Below are positions 14,111 to 29,316 of a DNA stretch of 64,000 nucleotides, in pieces; position 1 is the first letter of the stretch; every line of letters begins with the position of its first letter. The stretch lies in the NCBI RefSeq assembly GCF_009914755.1, contig NC_060926.1; one strand, given 5' to 3'. The translations under genes and the position numbers were made by a program. The notes below the pieces were generated by a model, which was given only the letters and a program-made list of their open reading frames with translations, was not told the origin of the DNA and did not search any database. Origin of the DNA: the human T2T-CHM13v2.0 reference genome, Homo sapiens.

Positions 14111-16357
14111 ATAAATCTCAAAAACAACATACAAGTACCTGCTGTAAAATTCTAATTTTGTGATATTCCAGAACAGTCAAATTTCATCTATGGTGATAGA
14201 AGCTGGAACAGTGTCCTGGTTACGCAGGCAGCTTGTTTGGGAATAGGCACGAGGGAAGGTTCTGGGGTACCGTAAATACCTTGCTTATTCTGGTGGTTAC
14301 ACAGATATATACTATTGTCAAAATGTACTGAACTGTACAATTAAAAATCTGTGCATTTTATTATATGCAAATTATACCTCAATAAGAAAATACACTTAAA
14401 ATTGTTTAAATGTCTGTAACATCAGGTAAAGGTGATCTATAAAAGCCTGAAAGGCTAATTTTGGGAGTCTGTTTCTTTCTGAAATATCCTGAATGATCTT
14501 GGTCTTGATTGTTTAATGGTTTTATGTATAATGTTGATACATGCAATTAAATTTTGATAGGGAAAAATAGAGAGAGAGAGAGAGATTGAGATTATTGTCT
14601 GTGAATTGCCCAGAACTTTAAACTCTAGTTTTTTGTGCTACCTTTTAATCTCTTTTCCTCTTTGGAACATTTACCTCTATCTTATTTCTTTTTATTCCCT
14701 CACCTCTTCCCCCATTTTCTTCATTCCCTTTTTTCTTCCTTGTGGGAGATCACTTGTCTGTGATGTTTGGCATCACTTGTACTAGCTTGGAACTCTAAAA
14801 AAATTTAAACAGCTTGCAGAGAGTGTAATAGTGATTTCTCACAAAGAGATACTTAATTTAGCATCAACTGAGTGTCGTTTAGGATTTTATCTTCACAGTG
14901 TAAGAGTTTCTGTTTTAGTTGGCCAGTAGTCTTAATTCAGAAAATTTTTTCACTTGGTGATCCTGAAGCAGTTCAGATAGAATGCTTTCTCATCCTCCAT
15001 TAGCCACACACGTGCTCCTAAAATTACCCAGGTATTTCAGCAGATAAACATGCATATTCTGGGCACCCACCAGAATTGTTGTATTTTTCATTCATGTCAA
15101 ACACACACATTCCCCTCGCCCCAACAAAATTCCATTTGTTTCCTGTAGATTTGCATTGAGAGGCAGATTTTCTAGCTAGTGGAAAGTTCCGGGTAACTAC
15201 TTTTTGCTACTCGAAATCCTAGCAAAAGCACTTCCCAGTGCCCACCTCCGCTCCTGGGCTAGTTCCCTTTTCCTGCTGAAGAGTAATTAGCACTCCCTGC
15301 AAATGCCCGTCAAGCACTTGTGCCCCACCACTTGCTACCTGTGTGACCTCAGTCAAATTACCTCATCTCTCTGTGCTTTGGTTTCCTCATCCAAGATAAT
15401 GCTCTCTGGCTGCCAATCATACACAATACCTCCAGGCATCTGGTGCTGCTTCTTAGTAGTGCTGAATCAGGATATGTGGAAGCAGGGAAGGTCAGAATTG
15501 GTGTTATATGATCCATCTATGTAAGAAGATACGAATTTATTCCTTCTTTGCTTCATTTCATGAAACTGGCCATTGTTATGTTGCTGCTTGGCTGCATCTT
15601 CTCTTTTTCATCTCTGATCACTCCCTGGTACCCAAATGATTCACAGCCCCCTGCACGCCCAGACTCCTGCCCAAGTGAGACGCGCTGACCCAGCCTGCCC
15701 ACTCCAGCAGGGTCCCTCCTCTAGCCCACTCTTCACACCTTCCTGCCCATCAAAGCTACCTTGTTCTCGGTCCCATTCCCTTTTATGGCTGCCAGATGAC
15801 AAACCAGCTAATTGGAGCTGTGTTGGTGACCATATTGGTAATAATGATAATTATTCCTTTTTGAGCTCCTAATTCGGTTCTGGCACAATGCTGGGAACTG
15901 CGTTTACATTATCTTAATCTTCACATGACACCACAATCCACTTCTGAGTAAAGAATGCTGAGGTTCAGAAAGGTTACATAAGTTGGCTATGGTTGGGAGG
16001 AAAAGGGACAAAACTGGAATTCAGGCCCAGGTAATCAAACTTTAAACTTGTGATCTTGCCCCACCTTGCCCCACAATGTCCCACTAGTAATGACTTAATG
16101 TATGGTTTTTTTCCATACTGTTTCCATTTTAATAGGAATCATCAACACCTTAATAAGAGGAGTGAATAACAGGAGCATTTCAGACTACCAGGGTGAGATG
16201 GTTTTGAAAAAGGAGTACTTTGCAGTTCCCATAGGACCTCAGAATAGAGAGATGTTTGCTTTTGAGAGTTGTTCACAGACATTCAAAGTGACCCTTGAAT
16301 ATTTCTAATTCAAAAGTCAGTGCCCACATTTCTATCACTCACCTCAAGCTAAAATCA

Positions 16358-16675
<318 letters not shown>

Positions 16676-16718
16676 TTACCCTGGTCAAAGTGAATGGTTT
16701 TAAAATCAGAGTCCACTA

Positions 16719-17124
<406 letters not shown>

Positions 17125-18009
17125 TTAGGCTCATAAACTTGTGGAATTGTTATTTTTAGTGATATTATTGATGACTTAATTCATTTTATTTGTAATGATA
17201 GCCTTTTCCGGGGTTGATCAGTTAAGTACTGGTTTCATGGCATCTCAATGTCTGCAGTGTGTCCAGTCCAATTCAATAACCATTTGAATCCCAGAGTTGT
17301 GGACAATCCTCACTGACAATTTATGACTCACAAGATGGCAAAAACATTAAGGATACCTTAGGCTAATTTGAAACTGAGCAGAATATAAGGAATTCCATTA
17401 CTTTATTTGTGGATTACTTTTGTTAACTAGGCAACGATGACATCATAGATGCCCTGAAGCTACCTGGAGTTAGGTCAGGCCATTGTCAAATTAACTTAAT
17501 GATTTACATGGGCACTGCATGTTGCAGCATATTCTCTTTCTCTCTTACCCAGCTTTGTAACAAGCAGAACCTACTTTTTAGTGAAATGAATGATGCCCTC
17601 CTTGTCTTATGACTTCCTTGATTATAGTTTTATTCCTTCTGTAGCTACCTTCTTTTATGGTTCAGGTAAAAGCCTTTCTTTAGTAGAAGGGAAAAAGAGA
17701 ATTTAAAAATAAAAGGTCTCTAACCCTATTATTTGTATCAGTGTTTCTCCAAAAGTTGGACTTTGGGGAGCAGGGAAGCAGTTGCTGCAGGGAGGATGAT
17801 GGCCACTAGCTTTCTTGGTTGTATCAACGAAATCTCTGGTCCTTCTTCCGCCTGCCTGTTGTCCATGGCTGGACCCATTTATGGAGCTCAACAAAATCAT
17901 CCAGCAGGTTCACCTGCCACCTCTCCCGCTTGTCTGTCCCCATTAGTATCTCCTCCAGCTTTGGAGTCACACAGCCTTGTGCTGATGTCAACCACGTATT
18001 GGTCATGAA

Positions 18010-18170
18010 ACCCTAGGAAAGTTCTTTAATCTTTCTGAGCCTCATTTTTCTCATTCGTCTAAAGGGAAAATAGTCCTGACTTTCAGGGTTCTGATGGATA
18101 TCCAATAAAACAGCATGGTGTAAGTGCCCAGCAACATGCCTAGAGCATAGTAAGCACTCCACAAATTTGA
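18010..18170 (+). mobile_element. MIR
   Basis: ctgagcctcatttttctcatt...agtaagcactc. Confidence 0.7.
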
Positions 18171-18930
18171 GTTCTCCTCCTGTCAGCCGCTTCTTCACAC
18201 AGAGCCGTTCTGACGGTGTGCAGAGGAGGGTCTGATTTCTAGCTTGAAGTCATGGGAGAGCTCCCTGGTTAGGAGATGAGAGTGAAGCAGGGGAAGTTCA
18301 GGCGTTTTCACACAGTTCAAGGTCTTTTGACTGTGCTTTTGACTAACTTAATTCCCAAACTTGACAGGCAAAAGAAACTGAACTAAGTAAACTCATCTCT
18401 TCTAAGGCTTTTTATCCCAGCTGCTGCCTTGAGGAGGTTCTTGCTATTTCAGAGAAGAGCAATCATGACACCAAACAGTCATTATCCTGCCCACTTACCT
18501 CAGGACCCACATTGCCTGGGTGGCAGTGGCTCCAAAACAAAGAAATACTGAGAGATTTGTCAATTCTGAGAAACTAATTTGACTTATGTTAGCCAAGAAC
18601 CAGGTTTTCATTTTATTGAACGGACCTTTTCCTTCACTAATCGGCTTTCCGTCTTGTGAATGTGGCTGGCCAAAGAGGGCCAGACATGGGCCCTGCTTGG
18701 CTTGCGATTCATCTAGAGGCTTTCCGAAAACATCAGGCACCCCCAGCTTCCTGTTGAAGCCGACAGGCTTTCAACAGCCTCTTTGTGGATGCCTTTCCAT
18801 ATGAATTATGTCTGAGCTTGCTCTAGGAAACATTCCAGGTCCACTCTTATTTATGAGGGCATTTTCAGCATGTGAGGTGCTTGGTACATTAGCCTTAATC
18901 CTCAGGATTCTTCATTCTTCAAAAAACACA

Positions 18931-19066
18931 GAGCCAGGAGCAGTGGCTCATGCCTCTATCCCAGCTACTTGGGAGGCTGAGGTGGGAGGACTGCTTGAGG
19001 CCAAGCGTTCAAGACCATCTTGGGCAACATAGCGAGACACTAACTCTAAAAAAGAAATTTAAAAAA
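18931..19066 (+). mobile_element. Monomeric Alu (FLAM-like)
   Basis: Single Alu arm followed by an A tail. Confidence 0.85.
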
Positions 19067-19075
19067 ATAGATAGA

Positions 19076-19115
<40 letters not shown>

Positions 19116-19118
19116 TAG
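19067..19118 (+). repeat. (ATAG)n(ACAG)n compound tetranucleotide microsatellite
   Basis: atagatagatag...acagacagacag directly visible, grown from the FLAM tail. Confidence 0.95.
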
Positions 19119-19189
19119 AGAGAATGTGCATTTATGGTCCAGGGGTCAAATTTGGTACAAAGACATGAGTTTATTTTCCTTTGTTTATC

Positions 19190-20495
<1,306 letters not shown>

Positions 20496-21264
20496 ATGGT
20501 GATTTTATTAAAAATTTAATTAACATACTATCGTTTAAAAATCTAGAGTTTTACATAAGGATCCTAATTCTCAGCTGTTCATGAAATATTAAAGGACCTA
20601 GCAAAACTGGGCTCATATTTCCACATGGGAACAATCAACAGAAGCCACGAAGTAGCTGTGCCTTTAGGGGAACTGTTCTTTGGTTTCCCAGAGTCCCTCA
20701 CCCACCCCATAACTCCCTAGTTGTCCGTTATCATACATCATCACATTTGCACTGTTGTTTTCTTTCGTATTAAGAGGAAAGTGAGAGTTTCTTGAACCCA
20801 CATCATTATCAATCTAGGAAAATTAAAGGTGGATCAAGAGGGCCTTATGTTTCAAGAAAGGTAGAAAACCCACATTTCTTTGTGGCAATGAGAAAATGTT
20901 CCTACAATGTTTAATATGTAAATTAAATGGGTCTATTTTAAAAGGTTGCCACTTAAAGCTTTATAAGGAAACTGCCTGGTTTTACTCCTTTTTATTATCT
21001 GCCTAGTCCCTTCAGGATTTTGAGTTTGTAACTCCTATAATAGAACACTTAACACTGATACATTATGTCTCAAGGCTGCACTAACTGGGGCTTATTTAGA
21101 TATACATAGGAATCTAATTTCATGTCCTTTTATTGAAAAAGGAAAAAAAAAAAAGCCACTCCAATAATACTTCATTTAGAATATTTTATGTGTTAGGAAA
21201 TATTGAGACTAAAAAAAAAATTGTTTCACTTTCTCAGATTCTGTAATTTTGTTTTTAATTCCAG

Positions 21265-21381
21265 GATTGTAAGTGGAAAATGTATATGGAGATGGATGGG
21301 GATGAAATTGCAATAACCTACATAAAAGATGTGACATTCAACACTAACCTACCTGATGCGGAGATTTTAAAGATGACAAAG
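21265..21381 (+). CDS. MAP3K20: ZAK-alpha coding exon (about aa 454-492, DCKWKMYMEMDGDEIAITYIKDVTFNTNLPDAEILKMTK)
   Basis: Acceptor ttttaattccag ends at 21264; donor gtaggg at 21382; 117 nt, phase 0/0. Confidence 0.96.
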
Positions 21382-22650
21382 GTAGGGTTCTATTTACGGC
21401 TTAAAAGCTCTTTTGAATTCACAGATATCAAACAAAGACATTAAAATACCCCAGCAGTGTGCTTTTGTGCTTGTCCATGCTCACATCAGCTCAGCCTCGA
21501 GCTGGCTGTTGAAAGGCACATTTTATTTAGCAGACTGAGATCATAATAGGTTTTTGTTAAAATTCTACTTATGCTGTGTGAACTAAAAAGCACTGCAAAA
21601 AGGTATCGTTTAATTTTTTTTTAATTTTTTTGTCTATTATTTCTTTATGCTTACTCTGCCATTTATTAAAGGAGGGAAAATGTGAACGATGAAAATATTT
21701 ACTTCAAATTTTGACTATTTAAACTTTGGAAAACTTTTCCCGGAGAATGACTTTCTTGGTTGAGGTCAATTTCCTGAAGGACTGAGATGAGGTTAATTAT
21801 GAGGCACACAGTGAAGTCTTAATGGCTTCCTTAAGTTCACACCTATGAATTCCTGGAGTGGCCAGAGAACATGTTACTACTCCAGGGTCAATGGTGGAAG
21901 CATGTTGATGGAAGCATGCTGATGAAAACAAGAAAGACTTGTGGAAATGCTTAGCTTGCTCCTCAAAATGGAAAAAAATTCAATTCTGTCCCAATCATAC
22001 TGGAACAATACATATGAGACTTCAATTGTAGAAGGTCAACAACTTCAGGTAAATAACCATGAAGTCAACAGGATAGTCACCATAACCTCACATAATCCAT
22101 TAACTGTAATACACTATTCACCAGGTCTTTGGTTTCAGTGAAGAAAGTGGGGCTTGTAGCAAAGGACCCAGATACAAACACAAATAGGGAACTAAAATGG
22201 TTCTTCAAAGACATGCATTAGAGTGCACATCAGAGTGCTAAACCACCAAGTCCTTTTAATTTGCAAGTGGACATCAAGCAGATTGATTTGATATTCATTG
22301 TTGGATTCCACTGTGCATCTAGGAGTTATTTCCATGGCATTATTTATCTGTAAGGGTTGTCACTTGGTTTTACCTTTTTCTTATTTTGTCAGGACACAGT
22401 ATGTTGTCTTGAAGACTGGAAAGATATTTCCTTTCTTCCCCACCCATGCCACGGAGTTGTAAAACTGAATATAAGTGTTTCTGCTATCATGCCATACATA
22501 CAAAATCACACAGCAACATTAACAGGCTTATAAGAAAACTAGAACTGGGACAGACCAATCGAAAGTTATAGAATTTTTAAACATCAACCGAAACAATAAT
22601 AATCCTAATTTAAAACAAACAAACGACAGCAACAACAAAAAACTAGCCCA

Positions 22651-22940
22651 GGCTGGGTGCAGTGGCTCACACCTGTAATCCCTGCCCTTTGGGAGGCTGA
22701 GGTGAGCAGATCACTTGAGGCCAGGAGTTGGAGACCAGCCTAGACAACATGGTGAAACCCCATCTCTACGAAAAATACAAAAAATGAGCCAGGTGTGGTG
22801 GCGTGCTCCTGTAATCCCAGCTACTTGAGAGGCTCAGCCTTGAGAATCACTTGAACCCAGGAGGAAGAGGTTGCAGTGAGCCAAGATCGCACCACTGCAC
22901 TCCAGCCTGGGCGACAGAGTGAGACTCAGTCTCAAAGAAA
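22651..22940 (+). mobile_element. Alu (AluS-like)
   Basis: Full dimer; ctagcccag flanking duplication. Confidence 0.92.
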
Positions 22941-23628
22941 ACCTAGCCCAGCTAAATCTCTATCACATTTTCTTTGAACCCAGCTCACAGCCAGTCATTC
23001 CTTTGCAGCCTTAAACCTGAAGTGAAAGGGGGATGGCAGGAGAGTACAGCTTATTTCTGAGGCTGTTTTTATCATAATTAAAATAGGATCAAAGCTACAG
23101 GCTTCCTCACTAATCCTTTGTTTTAATATAGTGGGAAAACATAACCATGGTTTCTTCATGTGTATGTGCAGCTTTGCTGGATAGTGTGATGTCATGGAAA
23201 GCAGAGCGATTGTTGAAGCCACTAAACCAGCCACGGCTTTACTCAAGGAAAGCACTTCTGGGTCTTCTCATATTGCTATGGATTTCTCTTAATTGTTGGG
23301 AAGTTTTCCAACTGATGCTTCAAACTTTAGCAAGAATTAATGACCTAATGATAGGATTGAGTGATAGCAAATGTTATATCGGAAAAGAAGATTGTGGGAG
23401 GCCATGACTAGCTGTTTACAAATATACAAAAGGATGTCTTATGAAAAGCAAAACTTCAAACATTAGCATGTTGTGAGTGATCACATGAGAACCAACAAGG
23501 CTTTCATGATAATCTGATATTATGCCCCTATTTGCTAATTGTGTATGGCACAACCGGCCTCAAAGAAACATACTATAGTAGAGCAGACTGTGTTATGGTA
23601 CTACACCATCCTAACTTTTGTTTTTCAG

Positions 23629-23703
23629 CCACCATTTGTAATGGAGAAGTGGATTGTAGGAATAGCAAAAAGTCAGACTGTGGAGTGCACTGTCACATAT
23701 GAG
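23629..23703 (+). CDS. MAP3K20: ZAK-alpha coding exon (about aa 493-517, PPFVMEKWIVGIAKSQTVECTVTYE)
   Basis: Branch-like ctaac plus ttttgtttttcag ends at 23628; donor gtaagc at 23704; 75 nt; lies inside ORF 23539..23841. Confidence 0.96.
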
Positions 23704-24251
23704 GTAAGCTCTGGGGGCAAGAGGCTGGTGGCCTCACCATCAGTTAATGAATATAAATTTATCTGTTATCTCAGAGCATATAATTTATTGGGAGATATAC
23801 CCAGAGCATATAATTTATTGGGAGTAAACCAACCAACATGAACATAGGAAGATCAATATAATTTCTCTCACAACGTGTTGGGAAGAAAAGAGAACAGGAT
23901 AAACTTACCCAGATAGCGACTGAGGTAGTACTTCAGTCATTCATTAGTTATGGATTGAACACCTTCTGTATACCATGTAAGATGTTTGGTATTGGGGATA
24001 CTAATAGTTAATACTAATTTTTTTTAAATCAACAAGATCTTCATGGCTGGTAGGACATACACCTTACAAGGTACGTAGACCCGGTGGGAGTGGGTGGAAG
24101 GCAACAGTTATAGTACAGTCTTGGCACACCTGGAAATATTAGTGTGCACCCACCATCAAAGGGACATGCATTTCATTCATTCATCAATTCATTCATTCAA
24201 GAAACATTTATTAAGGATCTACCATGAACCAGGCACTATTAGAGGTGCTTA

Positions 24252-24723
<472 letters not shown>

Positions 24724-24883
24724 CTATAAAAAACACTTTCTGCGCTTCCCTGGCTACCCTGTTAGCTCCCAGTGGCTGCAGTAAGATGAAGTCCACCTCA
24801 AAGAGGACTCTGTGAGTGTGGCATTTTGATGGTTTCCTGGGCTGCCAGGATTTGGCTTTTCAATATTAGAAATACAAACCCTG

Positions 24884-25217
<334 letters not shown>

Positions 25218-26310
25218 TTATCCAGGCTGGAAGCCAAAAAGTTTTACAGCAGTTATTTATCCTCACCTGCTGGGGTGCACAGGTTGTCAGGGATGAGGCA
25301 TCTGAGAAGTTATATTACTTGTCAAAGCATTGCTTGCAAGGTGCAAAACCCAAACAAAAGAGGCTGGTTGGTCTTGAGGAACTTGGAAACTAGACTACTC
25401 TACAGCCTGTTAACTGGTCCTCACTACCCAGGAAAAGCCCTCTTGTTAGTAATCGGACAATTAGAACAACCAGATTCTACCTCTGCCTGCCTTAGACAGT
25501 TTTGGAGACAGCACACCCAGTTCTCTTTTTCTTCTTCTCTCTCCCTCCTCCTCCTTTTTCAGACCCCATGATGATATGCCACTTTTGTCTGGGTTTTTCA
25601 CTTCAGAGTTTTTTAAAACAGATTTCCCTAACCATATTGAATCCTGGAGACTCTTTAATTGACACTGATTGGTGACAGCTAGTGAGGAGGGAGATTTCAG
25701 AACAAGAAAGTAATGTGTCTTGACCTAGTGTCCTCTCCTTTTCCTGGTCCCCATTTCTTACTTCTTGATCCTGTCTCACTTTTGCATCTGAGACCCTTTC
25801 CCCTCCGTGCAGGTAATTCACCCCACCACCTTCACTCAGTTTCCTTGATGATCCAAATTCAGTCTTAGGCAAACATGGTGGTCAGATTTTCATTTATTCA
25901 ACAAAATAGCTGTCATCAAGTACTATAAATAGAAGATGTAATTTTTTATTTCTTATTAAACAAAGAGGTAAGTTGAGATTTGTCAAATATAATAAATTCT
26001 GGGAAAAGACAACCATATTTTTTAGCTACTATAGTTTACTAAGAAATTTATGTTATAATCCATTAAGGAATAAGTGCTATAACCCACTAAGAAATAAAGT
26101 GGTTAAAATTTTTCTTTTCATTGAATTAGCATATTTGGGCCAACTGTTCAGAATATTTTCCTAGTGCATTATGATAGTGTTCTAAGAGGTGAAACTGAAG
26201 TGATATAATAACCTGGATGACTTTCTTTCCCATTTTATATATGTGTGTCTATTTGGTCATATGTTTCTATTTGTCTTTTTTTTGTCTTTTTCGTTTGTTT
26301 GTTTTACCAG

Positions 26311-26461
26311 AGTGATGTTAGAACTCCAAAAAGCACTAAACATGTCCATTCGATTCAGTGGAGTAGAACAAAACCTCAGGATGAAGTGAAAGCAGTCCAA
26401 CTTGCCATTCAGACATTATTCACCAATTCAGATGGCAACCCTGGAAGCAGGTCCGACTCAA
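26311..26461 (+). CDS. MAP3K20: ZAK-alpha penultimate coding exon (about aa 518-568, SDVRTPKSTKHVHSIQWS...GSRSDS); Ser531 codon is TCG at 26350-26352
   Basis: Long pyrimidine tract plus ccag ends at 26310; donor gtaagt at 26462; 151 nt, ending phase 1, which matches the GT that opens the last exon (A|GT = Ser). Confidence 0.96.
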
Positions 26462-26624
26462 GTAAGTTAGTGTTCCCGTATTAGATGTGTGCTAGATTCC
26501 AGAAACTTAATTATGACATTTCCAGATGATCTAAAGACTCAGAGGATACCACCTCAATCAGTTAAGATCTATCTTTGAGCTTCGAGTAGCAGAAAACCCA
26601 GTTGCAACTGGCTTACTCCAATAA

Positions 26625-26806
26625 TTCCCCAAGTGTGGCCCCAGGACCAGGAGCATCGGGATCACCTGTGAACTTGCTAGAAATCCAGATGCTCAGGCCC
26701 AAACCCAGACTTACTGAATCAGAACTCTGGGGATAGGAGCTGCAGTCTGCATTTTAAGGAGCCTTCCCAGTGATTAAGAACAACTCTAAAGTCCTTAAGC
26801 CACTGA
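26625..26806. mobile_element. MER5A-like hAT-Charlie DNA transposon
   Basis: gcatcgggatcacctgtgaacttgctagaaat...gacttactgaatcagaactctgggg. Confidence 0.8.
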
Positions 26807-27321
26807 TTTAAACTGTAATAAAATTTATTATCTTCCATAACAAGAAGCCCAGAGGTAGGGCAGGCTCCAGGTGCAGTAAGATAAGCTGGCTCAACCATAT
26901 TCAGAGAGTGGAATGAACCTTCCCTTCTTTCTGCCCTGCCATGCTCAATAGGCTGCCTTTGCCCTCGGCTCCTCTCCTGTTTACAGTCATCACACAAAGA
27001 TATCACAACGCCCAGAGGAAATAACGGGTTAGGTCCCTACCTGTTCTTATATATAGGAGTAAGGAAAACTTTTCTAGAAACCCCCAACAGACTACCCGTC
27101 AGCAATTCTGCTTTGGCCAGAATGGAGCAACCTGTCCGTTCCTAAACATAGCATGAGCACATCTGACTTAAACTAATTAAAGTCGATCCCTGGAGCCAGA
27201 ATGCAGTCAACTCTCCCGATCACGTGGCTACATGGAGGGGGATGGAGACTGAGCAAAATCAGGGTTCTATTGGAAGGCAAAATTCCAGAGAAGTCAAGGC
27301 GAGGAAAGAAGGCATTGTGAT

Positions 27322-27621
27322 TCTGTATGCTACTGCTCATGTGACGTATGTAAAGTAGTCAAAGTCACAGAAACAGGAAGTAGAAGACAGTTAACAAGTG
27401 GCGGTCAGGGGGCAGGGGAGAAGGGAGGGGAAATGGAGAAAGAGGAAGGTAGAGATTAGTGGGTATAGAGTTTCAGTGTTGCAAGATGAAACAGTTACAG
27501 AGATCCGCGCAACAATGTGAATATACTAACACTACTGAACTAGAGGCTTAAAAATGGCTAAGATGGAAAATGTGGTTTTTACCACAATAAAATACACACA
27601 TACACACAATAACAACAACAG
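27322..27621 (+). mobile_element. Short L1M 3' UTR fragment with a perfect 16-bp TSD
   Basis: gggtatagagtttcagt...aatgtgaatatactaacactactgaact...ttaaaaatgg; aagaaggcattgtgat at 27306-27321 and 27622-27637. Confidence 0.85.
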
Positions 27622-28229
27622 AAGAAGGCATTGTGATGGACTGAAGCCTGGGAGGAGTCTCTGGAATTGTCTGGACAAGTCACTCACTTCAGAGCTCGGG
27701 GTCACCTGTGCCCAGGCAGTGAGGAGACAGAGACATGTGCATGCTCTGATACTCTCCACGCGCACTATCTGCGTGAGCAGGGGGTGGAGTAGCTGAGGAA
27801 GCTGAGGCTGGGAGGACCACCCAGGAACTCTAGAACATGGGTAACGTTGTTCAGGCTCGGGGGAAAACAGAAAAGATCTCAGGTGTGAGGAACTTGCTTA
27901 TTCACTGAAATATAGCTTACTAAATGGTTCTTGTTAATTCACCATTTTCTTTTATCTTAACTTCTTCCTATCTGCCAATGCAGCTTCATTTTTTTATGCT
28001 GAAAATACTTCTTATTCCCGAGCCTCAGGATCTCTCCTGTGGACACGTGAACGGTCTTTCTTCCAAACAATCTCTAGCTGTCTCAACCTTCGGAACCTCA
28101 TTTCTCTTATCTGCATTTAGGGTCCTTGAGGTTTTAAAAATGCAGGTGGCAAAACAAACCTTTTGTTTACTAAACATGCCCCTGCCACCTGAACATACTT
28201 TCTAGAAGTAACAACACAACTATGTAGGA

Positions 28230-28440
28230 AGAAGATGGGATTTAGATGCAGAAGGACTTGGTATTATTGACTGAGTGATCTTGGGCAAGTCATTTGACCT
28301 CTCAAGCTTCCTCATTTATAGAATAAAACTATTAGTGTTTACCTAAGAAGATTACTGAGAGGATTAAATGAGATAGTGTAAGTAAAGCCCATGGAACAAT
28401 GCCAAGCACATAGCATATATTGAATAAGTGTAAATGTCCT
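28230..28440 (+). mobile_element. MIR
   Basis: gtgatcttgggcaagtcatttgacctctc...gaggattaaatgagata. Confidence 0.8.
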
Positions 28441-28615
28441 TATTTTTTAAAGTATTTGTAATAAAAGAAACGTCCTTATACATAGCCTAGAATTTCTATG
28501 AATGGTAAAGCTTAGAGCATCCCAAACAGCCCTGAATTATCCTAAGACAGGCGTATGAATTAGACATGCAGCTTTAGTGTGGCTTAAAAGATGCTCATTT
28601 CCATTTCTCCCGCAG

Positions 28616-29316
28616 GTGCTGATTGCCAGTGGTTAGATACTCTGAGGATGCGGCAGATTGCATCCAACACTTCTTTACAGCGTTCCCAGAGCAATCCTAT
28701 TCTGGGGTCACCGTTCTTCTCACACTTTGATGGCCAGGATTCCTACGCTGCTGCTGTGAGACGGCCCCAGGTGCCCATTAAGTATCAACAGATTACACCT
28801 GTGAACCAGTCCAGAAGCTCGTCTCCTACTCAGTATGGACTGACCAAAAACTTCTCTTCCCTACATCTCAACTCTAGGGACAGTGGCTTTTCCAGTGGCA
28901 ATACTGACACCTCTTCAGAGAGGGGTCGATACTCAGACAGAAGCAGGAACAAATATGGACGTGGTAGTATATCACTCAATTCTTCTCCTAGAGGAAGATA
29001 CAGTGGAAAGAGTCAGCATTCCACTCCTTCAAGAGGAAGATACCCTGGAAAGTTCTACAGGGTTTCTCAGTCAGCACTCAATCCTCACCAGTCGCCTGAC
29101 TTCAAGAGAAGCCCCAGGGACCTCCACCAACCCAACACCATACCAGGGATGCCTTTGCACCCTGAGACTGACTCAAGAGCCAGTGAAGAGGACAGCAAAG
29201 TCAGCGAAGGGGGCTGGACAAAAGTGGAATACCGGAAAAAGCCCCACAGGCCATCTCCCGCCAAAACCAATAAAGAGAGAGCCAGAGGGGACCACCGTGG
29301 ATGGAGAAACTTTTGA
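28616..29316 (+). CDS. MAP3K20: ZAK-alpha terminal coding exon (about aa 568-800; Ser/Arg-rich C-terminal ribosome-binding region ending ...RGDHRGWRNF*)
   Basis: Acceptor catttctcccgcag ends at 28615; ORF 28591..29316 translates to the ZAK-alpha C-terminus; tandem stops TGA TGA. Confidence 0.97.

Noticed and set aside
18493-18504. Consensus minus-strand splice donor (GAG|GTAAGT) as a possible antisense lncRNA exon end; a similar one lies near 23903-23911
   Set aside because: No convincing paired acceptor could be identified by eye, and such donors occur by chance; transcript data are needed.
28591-28615. ATG-initiated N-terminal extension (MLISISPAG) of the last MAP3K20 exon ORF
   Set aside because: It is the polypyrimidine tract and acceptor of the intron; the exon starts at 28616.
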